Of a DNA stretch of 64,000 nucleotides, positions 56,978 through 64,000 are shown in pieces (positions within the stretch are counted from its first letter, which is position 1; each line of letters starts with the position of its first letter). The stretch is from Sphingomonas sanxanigenens (GTDB lineage Bacteria; Pseudomonadota; Alphaproteobacteria; Sphingomonadales; Sphingomonadaceae). The notes under the pieces were generated by a model. It ran no database searches, was not told where the DNA came from, and was given only the letters and a program-made list of their open reading frames with translations. The stretch is from positions 5,413 through 69,412 of the forward strand of contig QFNN01000003.1 of the NCBI GenBank assembly GCA_003240855.1. The letters are read 5' to 3'. The position numbers were made by a program, and so were the translations under genes.

Positions 56978-57282
56978 CATTTCGGCGGAGCAAACATGCC
57001 GGGCCGGCTTCCATCAGCGCACGCTCCACGCGCCGCGCCCTCCATCGCGCAAAACTGCGGGCAAGGCGGCGCATCAAGGCCCGCTGGCGCGTCGACCGAC
57101 GCATAAATGCCACATATTTGACTTTCGTATGTAAAAACACTTGCATCAATGATTTTGACTGGCATAACCCACCGCCAGAGGAAACCGCGCTTCCACGTTG
57201 ATCGGAGTCGCGCGCTTTCGGGGAGTTGGGCCGTTTTTGGGCTGGGCGGCGATTGGTGTGATGTCGAACGTGCAATTCTGCC

Positions 57283-57304
57283 AATTAGTATTGTCGTGCT
57301 AATT
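57283..57304. promoter_or_regulatory. inverted repeat AATTAG-N10-CTAATT in the AT-rich leader of the TonB-dependent receptor gene; candidate operator
   Basis: Read directly from the sequence. It lies about 100 bp upstream of the TBDR ATG. Confidence 0.3.
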
Positions 57305-57402
57305 TATATTTAAATCCGCGCTGTTTGCTTGGGGAGTGTCTCCATTTATCTACGGCTCGAATTAATTTTAGTGTGATTTACATACAAAAGGGGAATATTC
57401 AG

Positions 57403-60381
57403 ATGAAGTCGAGCGGCTTTCGTGTTTACCTTATGGGAACTACTCTGCTTGCTACGCTGTGGAGCGTCTCCGCTAGCGCGCAGGATGTGCAGCCAGCGGA
57501 AGCTGCTGCGTCGGCCGCCGACAATTCTGGTGAAATCGTGGTCACCGGGTCGCTGATCCGCAATCCCAACGTGGCGAGCGCCACCCCCGTCACTTCGATC
57601 GGCCAGAAGGAAATCCAGCTTCGTCAGGCGGTCAATGCCGAGCAGTTGATCCGTGACATACCGGGTTCGGTGGCTGGCATTGGCAACAATGCGGTGTCGA
57701 ACAATCCTGGCGCCTCGACGGCGGACCTTCGTGGTCTCGGCTCAAATCGCAATATCGTTCTGCTCGACGGTCAGCGCGTCGTGCCTTACGGCCTGGAGGG
57801 CGTCACCGATCTTAACGTGATCCCGCTCGCCCTGATCCAGCGCACTGATGTCCTTACCGGCGGCGCGTCGACGACTTATGGCGCGGATGCGATTTCCGGC
57901 GTGGTCAACTTTGTCACGCGCCGCGACTTCAACGGGCTCGACGTGAACGCGTCCGCCGGCCTCTCGGAGCGGGGTGATGGCCTGACCTACCGCTTCGACG
58001 TCACGATGGGCGCCGACCTGGCCGATGGCCGCGGCAATATCGCAATCTCCGCCGGTTATCAGAAGCAGGACGGCGTCGCCCAGCGCGAGCGCGACTGGGC
58101 CGCCTATCCGATCAACTCCTACACGGGGAAGATTGGCGGTTCGACTGCGGGCGTCCCGGCGCGCCTCGGTTCCGTCACCACCGTCGTCAATGGCAGCCGC
58201 GTCACCGCGATCTCGGGCACCACGCAGATCGATCCCGCCACGGGCACAGCCGTTGCGCCATATTCGCTCTACAATTACGACCAGACTCAATATTTCCAGA
58301 CGCCGTTCGAGCGCTATAATCTCTATGCGACCGGTCATTATGACCTGACGGACAATATCGAGTTCTACGGCCGCGGGATGTTCTCCCAAACGCGCGTTTC
58401 CGCGATCATCGCGGAGTCGGGCGCGTTTGGCATCGCGGTCGCTGTGCCGTTCAGCAATCCGTATCTTCCGACGGGGCTGCGCAACCAGATCTGTAACGGC
58501 GCGGGCCTGACGGCGGCCCAGTGCACGGCGTCGGCCGCTGCAACGTCGACTACCGATCCCAATTATCGCACCTTCACCACATCGCTTTCCAGGCGCGCGG
58601 TGGAGGCTGGCGGTCGCACCAGCGACTTCACGACCACCCTGTTTGATTTCAGCGGCGGTCTGCGCGGCGATCTGAACTCGTCGCTGCACTGGGATCTGCA
58701 TGGCAGCTATGGCCAGAGCTCGCAGGTGCGGGCGATCAGCAACTATACGCTGGTCTCGCGGATCCGCGATGGTTTGCTGGCCACCAACACCAGCACCTGC
58801 CTGAGCGGCAACGCGGGCTGCGTTCCGTTGAACGTGTTCGGCCCGGCCGGCTCGATCACCGATGCGATGCTGCGCTATGCAAAGGCGGACAGCACCGTCC
58901 GGCTGCGGACCACGCTCGCCCAGGTCCACGGCGAGTTGAATGGCAGCCTGCCGATCGCTTCGCCGCTGGCGGAGGACAAGGTGCAGTTCGCCGTGGGCGG
59001 CGAATATCGCTCCTACACCGCGTCGCAGTCGCCTGATCTTCTTGCGGCGACGGGCGATCTTGGCGGTGCGGCGGTCGTTTCGGCCGTGAAGGGCGCCTAT
59101 TCGGTTTATGAAGGCTTTGCCGAAATCGATGCGCCGCTGATCCAGAACAAGCGCTTCTTCGAGATGCTGGACCTTCAGGCGGGTGTCCGCCGGTCGCAAT
59201 ATGATATTGACGCCGTCGGATCCCCGAGCTTCGGCACCACGACCTGGAAGGTCGGCGTGAACTGGAAGCCGGTCCGCGACCTGAAGCTGCGCGGCAACTA
59301 TCAGCATGCCGTTCGCGCGCCCAACATCAACGAGCTGTTCTCGCCGATCACCACGGGCGTTTCGCGACTGGCGGTGGATCCGTGCGCCGGCGCCGCGCCG
59401 CTGGCCAATACGAACCTGGCCGCCATCTGCGTGGCGCAGGGCGCGCCTGCCAGCACGATTGGCGCGATCGAGAATCCGACATCGAGCCAGGCCAACCTGA
59501 CGAGCGGCGGCAACTCGAACCTCAAGCCCGAAAAGTCCGATAGCTTCACGATCGGCGCGGTTGCGCAGCCGCACTTCATTCCGGGCCTGACGCTGAGCAT
59601 CGACTATTACAAGATCAAGATCACGGACGCGATCACGTCGCCGACGCCTGCGGACCTCGTGAATGCGTGCTTCGGCTCGATCACGGCGAGCAGCGCGAGC
59701 AGCACGGCCTGCACCATCATTCGGCGCAACCCGATCACGGGGTCGCTGGACGGTGACTCGACGGTGGTCGGGGGGCTGTACGGAACGCTGTCGAACCTGG
59801 GCAAGATCAAGACCGACGGCATCGATTTCTCCGCGAGCTACACGCGTGACATCAACTTCGCGACGCTGAACCTGGCGTTCAACGGCAACTGGACGAACCG
59901 GTCGCAGTTCCAGGCGACGCCGACGTCGGTCAATCGCGAATGCGTTGGCTATTTCAGCGCGAACTGCGGCCTGTCGGGATCGCTGCAGCCGCGGTTGTCG
60001 TGGAATCAGCGCACCACGCTCAGCTTCTCCAAGGCTGACATCTCGCTCAACTGGCGGCACATCAGCTCCTTCAAGCAGGAGCCTCTGACCGTGACGCCGT
60101 CGACCACGGCATATGTCGGCACGTTGCCGAGTGTCACCGGCCTTGACGGGACTTACAATTTCGGGCGGATCAAGGCGTATAACGCTTTTGACCTGACCGG
60201 CCGCGTAACGATCCAGAAGAACTACGATCTGACGCTTTCGATCTTTAACCTGTTCGACAAGCGCGCGCCGCTTGTCGGCGACGGCATCGGGGCAGGCGGT
60301 TTCTCGACCGGCAATACCTATCCGTCGACCTATGACACGATCGGGCGTCGTTACATGGCGACTGTGCACGCGAAGTTCTAA
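57403..60381 (+). CDS. TonB-dependent outer-membrane receptor (carbohydrate-type)
   Basis: Signal peptide ending SASAQ, a plug domain (GEIVVTGSLIRNP..., DLRGLGSNRNIVLLDGQR), a long beta-barrel and a terminal aromatic (...VHAKF). Start set at MKSSGFRV with an AAGGGG RBS. Confidence 0.92.
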   Translation: MKSSGFRVYLMGTTLLATLWSVSASAQDVQPAEAAASAADNSGEIVVTGSLIRNPNVASATPVTSIGQKEIQLRQAVNAEQLIRDIPGSVAGIGNNAVSNNPGASTADLRGLGSNRNIVLLDGQRVVPYGLEGVTDLNVIPLALIQRTDVLTGGASTTYGADAISGVVNFVTRRDFNGLDVNASAGLSERGDGLTYRFDVTMGADLADGRGNIAISAGYQKQDGVAQRERDWAAYPINSYTGKIGGSTAGVPARLGSVTTVVNGSRVTAISGTTQIDPATGTAVAPYSLYNYDQTQYFQTPFERYNLYATGHYDLTDNIEFYGRGMFSQTRVSAIIAESGAFGIAVAVPFSNPYLPTGLRNQICNGAGLTAAQCTASAAATSTTDPNYRTFTTSLSRRAVEAGGRTSDFTTTLFDFSGGLRGDLNSSLHWDLHGSYGQSSQVRAISNYTLVSRIRDGLLATNTSTCLSGNAGCVPLNVFGPAGSITDAMLRYAKADSTVRLRTTLAQVHGELNGSLPIASPLAEDKVQFAVGGEYRSYTASQSPDLLAATGDLGGAAVVSAVKGAYSVYEGFAEIDAPLIQNKRFFEMLDLQAGVRRSQYDIDAVGSPSFGTTTWKVGVNWKPVRDLKLRGNYQHAVRAPNINELFSPITTGVSRLAVDPCAGAAPLANTNLAAICVAQGAPASTIGAIENPTSSQANLTSGGNSNLKPEKSDSFTIGAVAQPHFIPGLTLSIDYYKIKITDAITSPTPADLVNACFGSITASSASSTACTIIRRNPITGSLDGDSTVVGGLYGTLSNLGKIKTDGIDFSASYTRDINFATLNLAFNGNWTNRSQFQATPTSVNRECVGYFSANCGLSGSLQPRLSWNQRTTLSFSKADISLNWRHISSFKQEPLTVTPSTTAYVGTLPSVTGLDGTYNFGRIKAYNAFDLTGRVTIQKNYDLTLSIFNLFDKRAPLVGDGIGAGGFSTGNTYPSTYDTIGRRYMATVHAKF

Positions 60382-60479
60382 GCTTGTCATCGGGGGCGTG
60401 CGCTGGCGCGCCCCCGATATTTTCGAGTGTCACGGTGAACGCTCGTCTATGGGGCGAATTGTATAAGGATGGGACTGTA

Positions 60480-62342
60480 ATGCGCTTGACCGGCCGACGT
60501 CTGCTGCTCGCTTTGCTGGCTGCGGGGGGCGGCCTTGCCGCCTGTTCCGCTGCGGCGGCTCCGGTCCGGCCAGGGCTGGCGGATGAAAACCCCATCGCCT
60601 CGCTCCAGCCGCTTCCTGCCAAGACCCCCGATGCCGCGACGGCAAAGGCGCTTGAGCGCTTCAATCGCGATCGCTTCGCGATGTTCATCCATTGGGGCCT
60701 CTATTCGCAGGCCGGCGGAATCATGCGCGGCGAGCGCTATTATGGCCTTTCCGAATGGATCATGAAGAATTCAAAGACGCCGACGGCCGAATATCTGGCA
60801 ATGGCGAAGGATTTCAATCCGACTGAATTCGACGCTCGCGAATGGATCCGTACGGCGAAGGCCGCTGGCGTCAAATATATCGTCATCACCACGAAGCATC
60901 ATGAAGGCTTCGCCATGTTCGACAGCAAGGCGTCGAACCACACCATCACGAAGATGACGCCTTTCAAGCGCGATCCGCTCAAGGAACTCGCGGATGCCGC
61001 CGCAGCCGAGGGCATCGGGCTTGGATTCTATTATTCACAGTTCCAGGACTGGACCGAACCGAACGGCGGGGGCAACGATTGGGAGTTTGATCCCGGCAAG
61101 GTGAAGTTCGATACCTATTTCAATCAGAAGGTGATCCCGCAGGTCACCGAGCTTTTGACCAAATATGGCAAGCTGCGCGAGATCTGGTTCGATACGCCGG
61201 GGACGATGGGGGCCGAATATTCCAAAAGACTTTACGAACTGGTGAAGCGATATCAGCCGGATTGCCTGGTCAATTCCCGGATCGGAAACGGGTATGGCGA
61301 TTATACGTCGCCGCCGGATTCGGAAGTGCTGCCCGCATCGCTTGCACGCGACGACTGGGAAGCCGTTTTCACGCACAATGATAGCTGGGGCTATTCAAAG
61401 TTCGACCATGATTTCAAGTCGACCAGCGATCTGATTTACCTTCTCGCGCTCTCCGCCAGCCGGGGCGGAAACTTCATGATCAACATGGGGCCTGACGAAA
61501 AGGGCCGCTTTCCCGCCGCTGCGACGGAGCGGTTGTTGCGCGTGGGCAAATGGCTTGGCGTGAATGGCGAAAGCATTTTCGGAACGGATCGTTCGCCGAT
61601 CCCGCAGACGCCGTGGGGCGTCGTCACGCAGAAGCCCGGCGCGATGTATCTTCACATTTTCAATAAGCCGGCGGATCATGTCGTCGTCGTGCCCGACATG
61701 GCCGGAGTGAAGGTGCAAAGCGCTTCGCTGCTCGCCGATGGGCGGGCGCTTGCGACGGCGACGCGCGATGACGAAGCGCTTATCACGCTGCCCGCCGATC
61801 TTCCCGCCGAGCGGGATGTTGTCGTGAAGCTGACGATCGAAGGAAAGCCGGCCGCCGATGCGTCCGGGCCGGCTCTGATTTCGGCCGCCTTTGGCATGCA
61901 GGCGCTCGATGTCGCCGATGCCCGGCGTGAAGGCGACGGGCTTGAACTCGTGATGCTCCGCACGACGACCTATATGCACGATTATCGTAAATTCTATACG
62001 GTTACGGGCTTGAACGATCCTTCGCGTTCATTGTCCTGGAAAGTCCGTGTCGATGCGCCGGGCGATTATCACCTCGATCTCCAATATGCCGCGATCGAAG
62101 GGCAGGAGGGGCGCGCTGGGACCGTCGTGGCCGCCGGGCAGACCCTGACCTTCAAGTCATTGCCCGGTGCGCCCATCAGGCGGAGCGGCGTCGCGAGGAT
62201 TGCGCCGACGCAGTTGATCGATCATCCGATCGGCACGATCCATTTCGCGGCCCCCGGCACATATGACATAAAGGTCGCGCCCGAAACGAGCGGACCGGAT
62301 CTGTTTCACCTGCGCGCAGCGCTTCTCACGCCGGTCGATTGA
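60480..62342 (+). CDS. alpha-L-fucosidase (GH29), lipoprotein, with an additional C-terminal beta-sandwich-like domain
   Basis: Lipobox LAAC in MRLTGRRLLLALLAAGGGLAAC. GH29 motifs FIHWGLYS, KHHEGFAMFDS and EIWFDTPG. About 200 extra C-terminal residues. Confidence 0.88.
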   Translation: MRLTGRRLLLALLAAGGGLAACSAAAAPVRPGLADENPIASLQPLPAKTPDAATAKALERFNRDRFAMFIHWGLYSQAGGIMRGERYYGLSEWIMKNSKTPTAEYLAMAKDFNPTEFDAREWIRTAKAAGVKYIVITTKHHEGFAMFDSKASNHTITKMTPFKRDPLKELADAAAAEGIGLGFYYSQFQDWTEPNGGGNDWEFDPGKVKFDTYFNQKVIPQVTELLTKYGKLREIWFDTPGTMGAEYSKRLYELVKRYQPDCLVNSRIGNGYGDYTSPPDSEVLPASLARDDWEAVFTHNDSWGYSKFDHDFKSTSDLIYLLALSASRGGNFMINMGPDEKGRFPAAATERLLRVGKWLGVNGESIFGTDRSPIPQTPWGVVTQKPGAMYLHIFNKPADHVVVVPDMAGVKVQSASLLADGRALATATRDDEALITLPADLPAERDVVVKLTIEGKPAADASGPALISAAFGMQALDVADARREGDGLELVMLRTTTYMHDYRKFYTVTGLNDPSRSLSWKVRVDAPGDYHLDLQYAAIEGQEGRAGTVVAAGQTLTFKSLPGAPIRRSGVARIAPTQLIDHPIGTIHFAAPGTYDIKVAPETSGPDLFHLRAALLTPVD

Positions 62343-62368
62343 ATGATCGGGGCGGCGTCAATTTCGGT

Positions 62369-63145
62369 TCAGGCTTGGACCGGGGCGCCGCCCAGTTCGT
62401 GTGAAATAGCGGTCGCATAATGCGCCAGGCGTTTGGCTGCTTCATCGAGCGTGACCGTCGCAGCGCTCAGATGCACGAATGGCGTCGTCAGTGCAGCGGC
62501 TACGCCATTGGGATCGAAAACCGGGGCCGATACGTCAGTCACGCCACGCACGACGTCGCTCTCGCTGGAGTGGATTCCCGACCGTCGCGCTTCATCCGCC
62601 TGCCGCTGGAAGGTCGCCAGCCGACCGTCGCGCTTGGGTTTGCCGATCAGTTGCAGGATCTGCTCGCGCTCATCGCTGTGCGCGAAGGCGAACAAGACAA
62701 CCCCCGAATTGGAACCGATGATCGGTTGATGCCGGCCGACGCGAACCGAAAAGCCAAGATCGCCGGGCGATTCCGTTCGCGCGACCACGACCATCTGGCT
62801 GCCGCTGCGGACGACGAGGTGGGCGGACTGGTGCATTTCGTCGGAAAATCCCCGCATCGACGGGATCGCCGCTTCCACCAGAGAGCGGATCGGCGCCTTG
62901 GCCATGCCCAGCTCGAAAAGGCGGTTGGTCAGGATGAAGCCGTCACCATTGGGCGAAGGCGCGATCAACCCGCGATGCTCAAGAACCTGCGCCATGCGGA
63001 AAAGCTCGCTCTGCGAACGGCCAAGGGCCGTGCAGATCTGCGTGAGCGTAAGCGGGGTTGCGGTGCGCGCCAGCAACTCCACGATGTCGAGCCCTTTTTC
63101 CAGGGCGGGGGCGCGGTATTTCTGTCCGTTTTCCGAAAAGCTCAT
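62369..63145 (-). CDS. IclR-family transcriptional regulator
   Basis: N-terminal wHTH (LEKGLDIVELLARTATPLTLTQICTALGRSQSELFRMAQVLE) plus an IclR effector domain. Confidence 0.9.
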   Translation of the reverse strand: MSFSENGQKYRAPALEKGLDIVELLARTATPLTLTQICTALGRSQSELFRMAQVLEHRGLIAPSPNGDGFILTNRLFELGMAKAPIRSLVEAAIPSMRGFSDEMHQSAHLVVRSGSQMVVVARTESPGDLGFSVRVGRHQPIIGSNSGVVLFAFAHSDEREQILQLIGKPKRDGRLATFQRQADEARRSGIHSSESDVVRGVTDVSAPVFDPNGVAAALTTPFVHLSAATVTLDEAAKRLAHYATAISHELGGAPVQA

Positions 63146-63304
63146 GGATATTGTGGAGAAGCATTTCCACAGCGCGTGTCAAGCTTGCTCATGGGAAGCG
63201 GGCAGGCAATATGCCGTTCGCGGATCATTCGGACGAGCGAAGCCAATCTTCACGGATGGCGATCCCCGAATCCGGTGATCCTTCCCGCGAAGTTGGAAAG
63301 ATAC

Positions 63305-63871
63305 ATGGCTGAAGCCGGAACCCCCCAGATAGGACCATTTATCCTCGAGTTCAGGAAGCGTCAGTCAATGACGCTGGACATGCTCGCCAAGGCGTCCGGC
63401 GTATCCCGCTCCATGTTGTCGCAGATCGAGCGGGGCCAGACCAACCCGACACTGGCGACCGTATGGGCGCTGGCCAAAGCGCTCAAAGTGGACGTGTCGG
63501 AGCTGATCGGTTCAAAACCGGCCGAACCGCGCCCGCTCCTGGAAGTTGCGTCGGCGTCGTTCACGCCCGAGATCCGCACCGAGGATGGAACCTGCATATT
63601 GCGTATCCTGAGCCCGGCCGATCGCGTGGGAAGCCTGGAGTGGTACGAGGTGATTATCGAGCCGAACGGGGCGCTGATCTCTGCGCCGCATGGGCGGGGA
63701 ACGCGCGAACATCTGACGATATTGGAAGGTACGGTGACGATCGTGCTCGATACCGAGCGGACCCAGGTCTCCAAAGGGGAAACCGCCCGTTATCCCGCTG
63801 ACGTGAAACACCAGATCCTGAATCTTTCCGATGCCCCCGCGCGTGCGCTTCTCGTCGTTGTCGCGCATTGA
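63305..63871 (+). CDS. XRE-family HTH regulator with a C-terminal cupin domain
   Basis: HTH_3 motif (LTLDMLAKASGVSRSMLSQIERGQTNPTLATVWALAKAL) and a cupin-like C-terminus (GETARYPADVKHQILN). Only the last 188 codons of the listed 483-aa ORF are credible. Confidence 0.85.
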   Translation: MAEAGTPQIGPFILEFRKRQSMTLDMLAKASGVSRSMLSQIERGQTNPTLATVWALAKALKVDVSELIGSKPAEPRPLLEVASASFTPEIRTEDGTCILRILSPADRVGSLEWYEVIIEPNGALISAPHGRGTREHLTILEGTVTIVLDTERTQVSKGETARYPADVKHQILNLSDAPARALLVVVAH

Positions 63872-64000
63872 TTTTTTGTATCCGGGATACTGGACCGATA
63901 TTCCATTATATCGTATCACATTGACATGCTGAAATCTGTTGTCGAGTCACAAGCCGGAACGGCCTCCGAAGAGGCCCTGTCGCTCATTTCAATCGGCGAT

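Noticed and set aside
57742-60390. 882-aa minus-strand ORF opposite the TonB-dependent receptor
   Set aside because: Shadow ORF. The plus-strand product has a complete signal peptide, plug, barrel and C-terminal Phe architecture, whereas the antisense product is low-complexity and Arg-rich.
62420-63304. First 295 codons of the 483-aa plus-strand ORF
   Set aside because: This part is antisense to the IclR gene and has no domain. Only the C-terminal 188 aa (XRE HTH plus cupin), starting at ATG 63305, is credible.
63926-64000. Truncated plus-strand ORF MLKSVVESQAGTASEEALSLISIGD... at the window edge
   Set aside because: Only 25 codons are visible, there is no clear RBS and no recognisable motif. 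That is too little evidence to call a gene.

Overview
This is a gene-dense, high-GC chromosomal segment. The protein sequences and the intergenic repeat style suggest an alphaproteobacterium, probably Sphingomonadaceae, but that is inference only. I could support about 55 protein genes, one tRNA and several repeats or hairpins. I found no rRNA, CRISPR array, IS element or integrase.

Left to right:
- 1-1023: three small orphan ORFs, then a CTAG-rich repeat patch, abutting the 3' end of tRNA-Lys(CTT). This may be the edge of an integrated element.
- 1.1-6.8 kb: the elongasome operon mreB-mreC-mreD-mrdA-rodA.
- 6.9-10.9 kb: mutL, a DUF805 membrane protein, an EamA transporter and a LysR regulator.
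- 11-16.5 kb: a valine/isobutyrate catabolic operon (mmsA, acyl-CoA dehydrogenase, 3-hydroxyisobutyryl-CoA hydrolase, enoyl-CoA hydratase, mmsB), interrupted by REP-like hairpin repeats.
- 16.6-22 kb: proS, glpD and rnr.
- 22.4-40.4 kb: an 18-kb exosortase A (XrtA) / PEP-CTERM exopolysaccharide locus.
- 40.4-49.1 kb: truA, fmt, recR, def, an HxlR regulator plus SDR, fhs, rmuC and an esterase.
- 49.2-63.9 kb: an L-fucose utilisation locus. It contains the non-phosphorylative fuconate pathway, FucP, a TonB-dependent receptor, a GH29 fucosidase, IclR and XRE-cupin regulators, and an embedded TPR/2OG-oxygenase protein.

The most interesting part is the left arm of the XrtA locus (22.45-28.0 kb). 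It is a divergent, translationally coupled six-gene cassette: a dedicated acyl carrier protein, an AMP-forming ligase, a PLP-dependent decarboxylase, a CelD/FemAB-like GNAT and two alpha/beta-hydrolase-fold proteins with non-canonical nucleophile elbows. To my knowledge these families are named only by their genomic association with exosortase A, and no product or biochemical role is known. I propose, as inference only, that the cassette builds an amine-bearing, carrier-protein-derived moiety used by the exosortase/EPS machinery.

All functional calls come from reading the translated ORFs. No database search was run.
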